From the NCBI RefSeq assembly GCF_006345805.1, contig NW_021836272.1, forward strand, positions 1 through 24,838: DNA of 24,838 bases, written 5' to 3'. This document shows positions 10,087 through 21,515 of this stretch, in pieces. The number at the start of each line of letters is the position of its first letter. The stretch's first letter is position 1. Under the pieces are notes generated by a model. That model saw only the letters and a program-made list of their open reading frames with translations. It was not told the origin of the DNA and made no database searches. A program made the position numbers and the translations under genes. The stretch comes from Octopus sinensis (Eukaryota).

Positions 10087-10129
10087 GTCCGGAAATCTTT
10101 CGTCACTCATCTGTGACCTCTTCAGCGAC
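10087..10129 (-). ncRNA. Candidate minimal type I hammerhead ribozyme motif
   Basis: Minus strand GUCG-CUGAAGA-G-GUCAC-AGAUGA-GUGAC-GAAA-G-AU-U-UC-CGGAC. Both core boxes are intact, stem II is 5 bp, and stems I and III are weak. Confidence 0.5.
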
Positions 10130-10280
10130 GCTTACCGTCTTCGCATATGTTCTTGCTCCGCTTAGAATAGAATAAGCGATGCAAGCGCACAGTAATAAAG
10201 AACAGGAATAAACAAGTGAAGAATGAATCTATAGTACGTTTGTTTATTTGAAAAAAATCTTCTCCGGAATACTACAATAT

Positions 10281-10500
10281 ATAGGCGCAGGAGTGGCTGT
10301 GTGGTAAGTAGCTTGTTTACCAGCCACATGGTTCCGGGTTCAGTCCCACTGCGTAGCACCTTGGGCAAGTGTCTTCTACTATAGCCTCGGGCCGACAAAA
10401 GCCTTGTGAGTGGATTTGGTAGACGGAAACTGAAAGAAGCCCGTCGTATATATGTGTGTGTGTGTTTGTGTGTGCGTGTATGTTTGTGTATCTGTATATG
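10281..10500 (+). mobile_element. SINE family A, head and core
   Basis: A-box TGGCTGTGTGGTAAG, B-box GGGTTCAGTCCC, core ACCTTGGGCAAGTGTCTT. Confidence 0.85.
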
Positions 10501-10578
10501 TATTTGTATATATACATGTAGAGGTAGGTACGTACATATATGAATGTATATATGCATATGTTATATATATATATATAT

Positions 10579-10674
10579 TTACTCTTTTACTTTTTTACTT
10601 GTTTCACCAGCATCGGTTGTCAAGCAATGCTAGGGGGACAAACACACCACACACACATATATATATATACATAT

Positions 10675-10759
<85 letters not shown>

Positions 10760-10906
10760 TACGTCTACCAAATCCACTCACAAGGCATTGGTCGGCCCGG
10801 GGCTATAGCAGAAGACACTTGCCAAAGATGCCACGCAGTGGGACTGAACCCGGAACCATGTGGTTGGTTAGCTAGCTACTTACCACACAGCCACTCCTGC
10901 GCCTAT
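10579..10906 (-). mobile_element. SINE family A with internal deletions
   Basis: The head mirrors 10281-10425. The tail is joined to the mid-body by a deletion. Confidence 0.85.
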
Positions 10907-11069
10907 GATGATTTGATTTTATTTTATTCTTTCGTTCAGATCGAAAATCGCAATTAATCTTGAAATTTCGTAAAATCCATTATTTGCACTGTTTATAATA
11001 CCGGACCTGAAGGAGATTTGGCTGCTATTTCTACAAGTTTGAGGCTCCTCATTGGCGCGCTATTATTAC

Positions 11070-11110
<41 letters not shown>

Positions 11111-12193
11111 TGATTGTAATTAAAGTTGTAATTAAAGCTGCAATTAATGTTGTGAGAATGTTTAAATAGTAAAGAACAATGTAATCGAATTGTGTAGTGA
11201 AGGATGAGGTGGTGTTGTGTGCTGTAAAATGAATAATTGGACAAATAATTAAGCAAAATTCACGCAAGTAACAAGGATGTAGCGACCTATTCAAAGGTAG
11301 AAACCCCGGGTTAAGGTGCAGTAATTTGTATAGTATAAGTGAATAAATGGAGTTGAACGCAGGAGTTATTCAAATCCTTTTACATTCGACATATGTTTCT
11401 AAGACAACATTGGTTTTATTCCAAAGGAATAAACGGTGTAAAATAATGTAATCTTTTCATCAGGAAAGAAAGAGAACCTATCTCAACAAGACATTATAAC
11501 AATTTTGATGACTGCATAAATGATAAACAGAATGCTATTGAGTATTTTTAAAATAACCATTTGTATATCTGTCGTCAAAGGAAGACTATAGGAAGAGAAG
11601 GGGTAAAGAAATAATAAGTAGACAACAAATATATATATGTGCATATATAGAAAATAGTAAAAAGTGAAAAAAACTACAGAAGGCTTGTTTTAAAAGGTTA
11701 AAAAATATATTTGAGTCATTATGTCAGAAGAATGTTATAAAATTTTTTCATACAGTGACATAATTTTTGAAGAAATTACCGGTTTCGTGTTAACTTTACA
11801 AATTTCTCAAAACATCGTGTTATGTCTTCGTTATGAAGTGTAAAGGAGAGTTCCAGGTAAGGGGAGGTAATAAGTGATTTCTTCCGGTGTAAGGGAGATA
11901 ATCGCTTTATATTTCTTGTCCCTTTTATTTAATGGGGTGAGTTTCTCTGTATAAGAATATTAGAGTGGTTAAGTTTGGGCTTTTATTTTTCAATAAAGAA
12001 TGTTTCCTTGTTTAGTCTAATTTGTGTTGGTGTTCCAATAGCACATTCATAAAATGGAAAGATTAAAGATTGTGGTAGTAGTTGCTTTGCGCATTTCTCA
12101 ATATGCTCATATATATATATACAAACACGCGCTTATATATATGTGTGTGTATATACACACACACCCCACACACCCCATATATATATATATATA

Positions 12194-12375
12194 TTACTCA
12201 TTACTCTTTTACTTGTTTCAGTCATTTGACTGCGGCCATGCTGGAGCACCGCCTTTAGTCGAGCAAATCGATCCCGGAACTTATTCTTTGTAAGCCCAGT
12301 ACTTATTCTATCGGTCTCTTTTGCCGAACCGCTAAGTGACGGGGACACAAACACACCAGCATCGGTTGTCAAGCA

Positions 12376-12377
<2 letters not shown>
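12194..12377 (-). mobile_element. SINE family A, tail half
   Basis: Matches the family tail. Confidence 0.85.
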
Positions 12378-12441
<64 letters not shown>

Positions 12442-12475
12442 GCGTGTGTGTGTTTGTGTGTCTTTGTTTGTCGTA

Positions 12476-12530
<55 letters not shown>

Positions 12531-12539
12531 TGTGTGTGT

Positions 12540-12748
12540 GTGTATTTGTGTGTCTGTGTTTGTCCCCCTAGCATTGCTTGACAACCGATGCTGGTGTGTT
12601 TATGTCCCCGTCACCAAGCGGTTCGGCAAAATAGACCGATAGAATAAGTATTGGGCTTACAAAAGAATAAGTCCCGGGGTCGAGTTGCTCGATTAAAGGC
12701 GGTGCTCCAGCATGGCCGCAGTCAAATTACTGAAACAAGTAAAAGAGT
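12540..12748 (+). mobile_element. SINE family A, tail half
   Basis: Matches the family tail. Confidence 0.85.
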
Positions 12749-12890
12749 ATATATATGGGGTGTGGAGTGTGTGTGTGTATACACACACATATATATAAGC
12801 GCGTGTTTGTATGTTTGTATTTATGTACACATACAAACATATAGAAAACATACACACATACACAAACACAGATGTATATATATATATATA

Positions 12891-13131
12891 TTACTCTTTA
12901 CTCTTTTACTTGTTTCAGTCATTTGACTGCGGCCATGCTGGAGCACCGCCTTTAATCGAGCAACTCGACCCCGGGACTTATTCTTTTTTTTTTGTAAGAC
13001 CAGTACTTATTCTATCGGTCTCTTTTGCCGAACCGCTAGATAACGGGGACATAAACCCACCAGCATCGGTTGTCAAGCAATGCTAGGGGGACAAACAAAG
13101 ACACACAAACATACACGCACACACATATATA

Positions 13132-13209
<78 letters not shown>

Positions 13210-13377
13210 TACGACGGGCTTCTTTCGGTTTCCGTCTACCAAATCTTCTCACAAGGCTTTGGTCGGCCTGAGGCTATAGTAAAAGATACTTGCCCAAGGT
13301 GCCACGCAGTGGGACTGAACCCGGAACCATGTGGTTGGTAAGCAAGCTACTTACCACACAGCCACTCCTACGCCTAT
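12891..13377 (-). mobile_element. SINE family A, full length
   Basis: Head, core, internal (TA)n and tail are all present. Confidence 0.9.
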
Positions 13378-13411
13378 ATATATTGTATGTATTTTTGTAC
13401 GTCTACATGTG

Positions 13412-13480
13412 AGTCCTTAATTCCTTAAATCCTTAAAAATGTTTTAGCCCGAATGCCGCGGCCATGCTGGGGCACCACCG
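13412..13480 (-). mobile_element. Isolated retroposon 3' tail with (TTTAAGGA)n end
   Basis: Minus strand GGTGGTGCCCCAGCATGGCCGCGGCATTCGGGCTAAAAC is homologous to the SINE-A and LINE tails. Confidence 0.65.
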
Positions 13481-13700
13481 CTGAGTATATAAAGATCCTC
13501 CAGAAGACTTCCAGAAACCCACACCGACGCATCACGCATTCTCACACACTTTAAACATCCTATACCAGTTAAATCGCTGAAACACGTCATCCATTATTAA
13601 ACTTGGGAAATATTTCACCTGATTATATTGTAATGAAAATAAACACGTATATATATAAAATATAATATATGAATTTATATATATATAAAATATGAATCAT

Positions 13701-13776
<76 letters not shown>

Positions 13777-13783
<7 letters not shown>

Positions 13784-14161
13784 AAAGTGAAGTTGTGTGA
13801 GTGTCTGTCTCCTGCGATTTAGATTCCTAACTACTCCCACATTTTGCGATGCAGTTTAACCAAAACCGGGTATCTTATAGTCGCGATTCATATCGAGCCC
13901 TTCTGGTATTAGCGCGCGTCTACGATGAGTCTACGATTTAAAAAAAATTACCATCATTTTTGTCCATTTTAATGCATTTTTGTCGCTATTATAAAAGGGA
14001 AGTAACTCTCTAAAAATGTCTACGATGAGTCAACGATTTTTAAAAAAAATTACCATCATTTTTTTTCCATTTCTAATGCACTTTTTGCTATTTTTGGGCT
14101 ATAACTCTCTTATATAGTTATTTCCCTTACAAACCCGAGCAACGCCGGGCGATACTGCTAG
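13777..14161 (+). mobile_element. Non-autonomous Helitron-like element with an internal tandem duplication of about 100 bp
   Basis: Homologous to 487-797, with the 3' hairpin plus CTAG|T at 14134-14162. TCTACGATGAGTC recurs at about 13920 and 14019. The 5' end is lost in (TA)n. Confidence 0.75.
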
Positions 14162-14177
14162 TATATATATATATATG

Positions 14178-14329
14178 TAAGAAAAATAAAAACGGAAAAT
14201 ACGCACACTTACATGGTTATGGTATAATTTTTAATGTATTTAATGTATTATAGTATATTTTTAATGGATACATTAATAATTATACTATAACCATGTAAGT
14301 GTGCGTATTTTCCGTTTTTAATTTTCTTA
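14178..14329. repeat. Foldback with 52-bp arms and a 48-nt loop
   Basis: 14178-14229 matches the reverse complement of 14278-14329 with 2 mismatches. Confidence 0.9.
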
Positions 14330-14409
14330 TATACATTACAATCCACCACGTGGGGACAACCGAAATTCCTCTTTTCTGTTACTTCTATATGTATATATAT
14401 ATATATATA

Positions 14410-15608
14410 TCAGGTCATCCCATAAGTTCTGTCCGACTTTACCTTTTTTTAAGTTGAATGAAATTTAATAGTATTTTAGAATGTCTCATGGAATTAAAAA
14501 ATATTTTTATGCATTTGTCTACATTTAAACTAATTAAATATTATTTTACAGAATAATAGAATTAAAATTTCTTTGATTAAAACCCTTTCTAACATGGAAG
14601 TATCCAAAGAGCATTTGAGGCACATAATGCTTTATGAGTACAAAAAAGGAAACTCTACAGCCGAAGCGACTCAAAACATACACTCAGTTTATGGGGAAGA
14701 ATGCTTGAATGAAAGAACTTGCAGAAGATGTCTTGCAAAATTCAAAAGTGGAGATTTCAGCCTTGAAGATGAAGATCGAACGGGACGTCCAGTTGAGTTT
14801 GATGATAAGCTCTTTGAGGCATTACTTGAAGAAAATCCTGCATTATCAGTTGAAGAATTGGCAATAAAGCTTAGTTCAAATCATACAACAGTTCATCGTC
14901 ATCTTCAACAACTTGGAAACGTTCCTGAACTTGGAAAATGGTGCCTCATGAATTGTCCGAAAGCAACCGCAAATCCTGAATTGACATCTGCTCTTCTCTC
15001 CATTGTCGCGAACTCATTTCACCCTTTTTGGATAGACTTGTGACTGGTGACGGAAAATCGATCTTCCATCGAAATGTTAGACGTCGTAAACAGTGGCTTG
15101 GAAAACGGGAAAAAGCTCAACCACAACCGAGAAGGGAACTTCATGGGAAAAAGTTTCTTCTCTCTAAATGGTGGGATTGCAAAAGAGTAATTCACTTTGA
15201 AATGCTACCACCTAATGCAACAATCAATGTTCAAGTCTACTGTCTGCGATTAAAGCATTTGAACGAAGCTTTAAAGAAAAAAAATCGCTTTTGTGAATCG
15301 AAAAGGAGTGATGTTTCATCAGGACAATGCGCCACCCCACACTACAAAGATCACATTACAGAAGATCGAAGAGCTTGGTTGGGAAGAAATTCCTCATCCA
15401 CCTTATTCTACCGACCTTGCTCCTTCAGACTACCATTTGTTTCGTAGTTTACAGAACCATTTGGGGGACAACTTTTGCAAACCAGGAGGAGGTCGAAACT
15501 GACATTTCAGAGTTCTTCGCTTTGAAACCAAAAGAGTTTTACATTGATGGGATTAAAAAGCCTGTAAATAGATGGAAGGAAGTCATAGATAATCAGGGAA
15601 AGTACATT
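14410..15608 (+). mobile_element. mariner (DD34D) transposon lacking its right end
   Basis: TA followed by a TCAGGTCATCCCATAAG left end and a transposase. No matching right TIR is seen; the sequence runs directly into a SINE. Confidence 0.9.
14594..15608 (+). pseudogene. mariner transposase with about 3 frameshifts
   Basis: HTH region, W-VPHEL linker, VTGD, HQDNAPPH and PYSTDLAPSDYHLF, with 34 residues between the second and third Asp. Confidence 0.92.
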
Positions 15609-16049
<441 letters not shown>

Positions 16050-16149
16050 ATATAGAAATTGCCACAACGCAAGCAGTTGAAAAATGCTTGCAACCCATTT
16101 GGAAAGACGTCACATTTCTGTCGAGGCTTAAGAAATATAACACAACTGA

Positions 16150-18016
16150 AATCAGATTTGTGGTATAACCTAAAAAAGGGCCACCCATGTAGAATCAGTT
16201 AAATTTAGCAAAGTTGTATATGTAGAAAGAAATAGATTAGAGTGTGATTTAGTGAGAAAAGTAGAAGAGGCGCTTAGGAGAGGTATTGCAACTGATGTGC
16301 TGGCAGCGAGGTTGGCGAGTCTAGAGTCAATTCCTTGTCTCCAGTCCCAGTAGAGCACCAGTGACCGACCTTCGGCACAGCCTGCCGAGCAAGCATCGGA
16401 TTTATCAAACACAGCCGGGTACACCGTGGCCCTTTTTTCTTCCCCTGAAGGATGTTATTTTGGTTACGGTCATAAACGACGGAAGGACTGTTGTTCTAAT
16501 GGCCCTTCCTCTTCAAATTTTACATCTTTTGCCAAACACGAAGGTTGTATTGACAGAGCTAAGGTACGTGTCCTGAGACAAGAGGGAGCCAATGTTACCC
16601 AATGGTTCCGGGTGGCTGAGGCACAAAATGGCAACAAAAACATCATTCGGTGTTTGGGGGACCAAAATGGGGGCAACGGTGAACAAGCCGGAACAGATGT
16701 GAGCGGCCTTTCAGCAGCATTTTGCCGAATGGTTCGGGACGAACGGTGGGCCAGAACGCTGGATGGATTTCACTGCCTACCTAGATGGTTTGCCATGACT
16801 CGCAGCAAGAGATGCGGAGTGTTGCGAAAAACTGATTATTATTGAGAAAATACGGGACGAGATAATGAGCTGCATGGGGAGCAAATCACAGGGATTAGAT
16901 GGTCTGCCCTACGGGGGCTTTATTCTAGTATACTAAACTTGTTTGCAGGCCACTTGACAGATATTTTCTGCAGCTGGCAACAGAATGAGAGAATTCCTAA
17001 ATCTGAGAGCCGAGGAGCAAAGCTACTGATAAGAATGGATCCAAACAAGGGGCGATATTAGATAATTTTAGGCCCATCACTGCTTAATGCAGACATGAAC
17101 ATTTTAGCCAAATTATTAGTGAAGAGATTGGCGCTAGTCATCGAGAAACTGATCGAAGACGCACAAACATGCACCGTCTCAAACAGGTCCACCCACGACA
17201 ACCTCTACCTCATGCGCTACATCGGGAATAGGGTAGTTAAGGAACCTGGCATGATCAATTTAGATCGGTAAAAAGCCTTTGATAGGGTTGACTATCAATA
17301 TCTGGCAGCTGTTCTCAGGGCAGCTGGTTTCAGTTCAGTTTTCGCGGTTGAATTGCTGTCATGTACAGCGACATCTGCTCGATAGTCCGGGTGAATGGTC
17401 ACCTATCGGAACCATTCAACATCGCGCTTTCGGTCCCTCGAGAGCGCCGACTCTCGTCCCTTCTGTGTGTGCTGACCCTTGAAACATTACTGCAGAAACT
17501 GGAATCGCTGAGAGGCATTTCGCGTGAACTACGATTTGGGAGCGTTGTGTTGGCTGTAGCGAAAGAGGTTGTGTGGAGGCCTAGATTGAAAGGGCTGAAG
17601 ACAATTCTTTTCTCTTTCGCCAACCCCTCATCAACTTTTATCATCAACAGAAAAGGAAAGTGTAGGTTGAAAGAGAAGTGCTGACTTCCAGTAATTTTGT
17701 TAAAAGATGAATGAATGTGGCGAAGATGGTCCATGCGCTTTTGAGTTTCCACAGCTGAGAGGGAGAGAGAGAGAGAAAGATGGGGAAAGGGTTGTTGCTG
17801 TAGTGGTCGTGGCGCTTGTGGATTTTTGTGGGGGTCTTCGTGAGTAGCCCAGTGTTGCTTGCCTCTTTTAAGCATTTCCGTTGTTATAGTTATCATTGCT
17901 ATAGGATTTTTACACGACACTTTATGTAACCCCGCATTGCCCTTCGTGTTCTGTAATGCCTAATCTTATTTTCTTCGACCCTTGTGGCTAATAAAGAAAT
18001 TATTATTATTATTATT
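16150..18016 (+). mobile_element. L1/Tx1-clade LINE, decayed, 5'-truncated and internally deleted
   Basis: Remnants AKHEGC, GLDGLP, DNFRPITLLNAD, KAFDRV and VRVNGHLSEPF jump at about 17540 to the C-terminal AVAKEVVW. A 3' UTR ends AATAAAGAAA(TTA)n. Confidence 0.85.
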
Positions 18017-18570
18017 GAGTGAGCGAGCAGAGCATGCCATCAAAGTGACACTGGGGTAAAATATACGAAGCCCAGCATACCCATCATGACTACCCGTCTG
18101 ATAAGGGTACACCAGGCACATGCATCACAACCATATGTGCGCGACATGGTGATCTCATATCAAGATAAACAGCACATGACCTTGCAGGTGGAGCCCAGTT
18201 AGAATTTTCTTCAGATCGAGTAACCCATCCCGCTCAAAAGGTCCCTGAATAAGGGTTGTTTAAGGACGTTGAACGAAACACCCATGTTTCCAGAGGTGAA
18301 TTATTCAAACCCCAAAGAATCCTTCTCAACACATGGCTATGATGCTCCCCCACTACTTCTGCTCGTGATCAGAGATGCACATATCGTCAGCCACTAAGGG
18401 ACATGCTCAACTGGTTACGGTCAAACAACTGACAAGCAAATCTGTGGTATTGAGCAGAATATTTCCTGTAGCCCATCTTTTATACCAAGACAAAACAATG
18501 TACATGATAACACTTCCAATCAGTTAAGATCAGAAGCCATGAGAGCCACTGCCTGGTACTGCATCAGGGC
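18017..18570. repeat. About 550-bp probable interspersed repeat between two (TTA)n tracts; family unassigned
   Basis: Single copy here with no ORF. It resembles an abundant octopus repeat from memory only. Confidence 0.4.
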
Positions 18571-18682
<112 letters not shown>

Positions 18683-19691
18683 AAGACGGTGAGCTAACAG
18701 ATCGTTAACACGCTGGACGAAATGCTAAGCAGTATGTCGTCTGGCGCTACTTTCTGAGTTCAAATTCCGTCGAGGTCGACTTTGCCTTTCACCCTTTCGG
18801 GGTCGATTAAATTAAGTAGCAGTTACGCACTGGGGTCGATATAATCGACTTAATCCGTTTGTTTGTCCTTGTTTGTCCTCTCTGTGTTTAGCCCCTTATT
18901 GGTAGTCGTTACGTTTAGCCCCTTATTGGTAGTCGTTACGTTCTGAGTTCAAATTACGCCGAGGTCGACTTTGCTTTTCACCATTTCGGGGTCGATTAAA
19001 TTAAGTACCAGTTACGCACTGGGGTCGATATAATCGACTTAATCCGTTTGTTTGTCCTTGTTTGTCCCCTCTGTGTTTAGCCCCTCGAGGGTAGTAAAGA
19101 AATAGGTATTTCGTCTGCCGCTACGTTCTGAGTTCAAATTCCGTCTAGGTCGACTTTGCCTTTCATCCTTTCGGGGTCGATAAATTAAGTACCAGTTACG
19201 CACTGGGGTCGATATAATCGACTTAATTCGTGTGTCTGTCCTTGTTTGTCCTCTCTGTGTTTAGCCCCTCGTGGGTAGTAAAAAAATAGGTATTTTGTCT
19301 GTCGTTACGTTGTGAGTTCAAATTACGCCGAGGTCGACTTTGCCTTTCATCCTTTCGGGGTCGATTAAATAAGTACCAGTTACGCACTGGGGTCGATATA
19401 ATCGACTTAATTCGTGTGTCTGTCCTTGTTTGTCCTCTCTGTGTTTAGCCCCTCGTGGTAGTAAAGAAATAGGTATTTCGTCTGTCGTTACGTTGTGAGT
19501 TCAAATTACGCCGAGGTCGACTTTGCCTTTCATCCTTTCGGGGTCGATTAAATAAGTACCAGTTACGCACTGGGGTCGATATAATCGACTTAATCCGCGT
19601 GTCTGTCCTTGTTTGTCCTCTCTGTGTTTAGCGCCTTGTTGGTAGTAAAAAAATAGGTATTTCGTTTGAAGCTACGTTCTGAGTTCAAATT
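18683..19691 (+). mobile_element. SINE family B: one head plus about 5.2 tandem 184-bp body units
   Basis: The GTATTTCG anchor (or a variant) falls at 19106, 19290, 19473 and 19657. B-box GAGTTCAAATTCC is present in each unit. Confidence 0.9.
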
Positions 19692-20030
19692 ATTATAATC
19701 ATTATTTGGCCAGTACCTAGTGAAAAGGATAGCCAGCCATTGTTCAGATAAAATAAGAAACCAGGAGAACGAACAATTGGCCAGCGGAAACATGTCACGT
19801 TGCATACCTAGACAACCTTTATTTCTATTACTTTCATCTGGTAAAACAACTGCAAAAATATGGTAAAGGTGTGTGGTCTTGTGGTTAGGAACAAAGCACA
19901 GCGTGTGATGTCATGTGTTCTGGAGCAATGCACTTAACATTGCGCTGCACTGAGGTTATTGTGCAGCTGCTAAAACAACTGAAACCCGTTGCAAAGCAAA
20001 GAAATGCATGTGACGGTGAAATGCATGTGA

Positions 20031-20354
20031 CGGTGGAATTTGAACTCGGAACGTAAAGACAGACGAAATACCTATTTCTTTACTGCCCACAAGGGGCTAA
20101 ACACAGAGGGGACAAACAAGGACAGACAAACGGATTAAGTCGATTACATCGACCCCAGTGCGTAACTGGTACTTATTTAATCGACCCCGAAAGGATGAAA
20201 GGCAAACTCGACCTCGGCGGAACTTGAACTCAGAACGTAGCGGCAGACGAAATACAGCGAAGCATTTCGCCTGGCGTGCTAACGATTCTACTAGCTCGCC
20301 GCCTAACTAGCTCGCCGCCTTAATTAGCTCGCCTCCTTAATTAGCTGGCTGCCT
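20031..20354 (-). mobile_element. SINE family B (1.3 units) plus three 16-17-bp repeats of its 5' end
   Basis: Reverse complement of the family. The repeats lie at 20305-20354. Confidence 0.85.
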
Positions 20355-20789
20355 TCTGTACGGGTTCTTTACAGTTTCCGTCTACTATAGACGCTCACAA
20401 GGTGTCAATCGCCCCTAGCATATACCAGAAGATATTTGCCCAAGTTGCCATATAGTGGGACCGAACCTGAAATCATATGGTTGTAAAATGAGCTTCTTAA
20501 CCCCACACTCATCCCTGTCTGGTTAAAGCAGCGACATTTTAAAATATCGAGCATTATTCCCGCTTTGAAGATTTTAATTGTAAAACAGTCGCGAGCCTTC
20601 TGAATATGCAATTCCCTACATAGTACATCCCTGGCCTCTTATTAACTAGTCAATTGTTTTCATAGTATCTCTCATAATTGCATTGAATAATTGGACTAGC
20701 TTTCCGTCTGCGCACGGGAGCCAGGTGTGCCAGAAAATTGGCACACCTTAATAGGGGACTTCCGCTTACGAGCTTTCGTCTGTGTCATC

Positions 20790-21515
20790 TTTAGGTTCGT
20801 TATTGTGATGTTTTTCTCTGCTTGTTCGTGTAGGTTTTGGTAGGTTCCTTCTGTGCGTCTAATTCAGCCTGCATTTTCATTGAATATCTTTTCATCATTC
20901 CAGATATTTTCTTAAAGGAATTCACACTTTTTGCATGGGAGGGGGCCTTCAACCATTATTTTCTCCTTCCCTATTTCTCTGCAGAATGTTTTCTCATTGA
21001 ATGTGAACACTTAATTTAGTCGACCCCGAAAGGATGAAAGGCAAAGTCGACCTCGGCGGAATTTGAACTCAGAACGTAACGGCAGACGAAATACAGCGAA
21101 GCGTTTCTCCCGACGTGCTAACGTTTCTGTTTGCTCGCTGCCTTAATTAGCTCGCCGCCTTAATTAGCTCGCCGCATTAATTAGCTCGCCACCTACATTA
21201 GCTCGCCTCCTTAACTAGCTCGTCGCCTTAACTAGCTCGCCACCTTAATTAGCTCGCCTCCTTAATTAGCTCGCCGCCTTAACTAGCTCGCCACCTTGTA
21301 AATCTTGTTTTCTCTTCTCAAATCTTCATATTCTTGGAACTTTTCCTTGAACCTTCTGCTGCAGTGTTTCTTTTGCTGAAATCAGTTCTTCTCTTGGTGA
21401 GAATCTTGTTTTCTCTTCATCTTTCTGCGTTTTCCGGATTTTTCTCTTCATATTTCTGCTTTTCCTGGATTTACATCGTTCCACAGAATAGTTTATTCAA
21501 TGTTGATATTTCACC
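20790..21515 (-). mobile_element. R4/Dong-like non-LTR retrotransposon ORF fragment split by a SINE-B insertion (21013-21296)
   Basis: Minus-strand translation KETLQQKVQGKVPRI*RFEKR ... KVFTFNEKTFCREIGKE...NIWNDEKIFNENA continues across the insertion. Clade assignment is by motif recall. Confidence 0.55.
21144..21296. repeat. 9 x 17-bp tandem array (TAATTAGCTCGCCGCCT)
   Basis: Exactly 153 bp, abutting the 5' end of a minus-strand SINE-B (21013-21143). Confidence 0.95.

Noticed and set aside
11756-11856. Candidate exon 2 (TACAG|...CCAG|GTAAGG)
   Set aside because: There are stops in all three frames, including TGA as the first codon in the required phase 0.
17399-17920. 173-aa minus-strand ORF
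   Set aside because: It is antisense to the L1/Tx1 remnant and has no recognisable motif.
18683-21296. CRISPR-like arrays
   Set aside because: Both the 184-bp and 17-bp arrays are contiguous repeats without unique spacers, there are no cas genes, and the context is eukaryotic.
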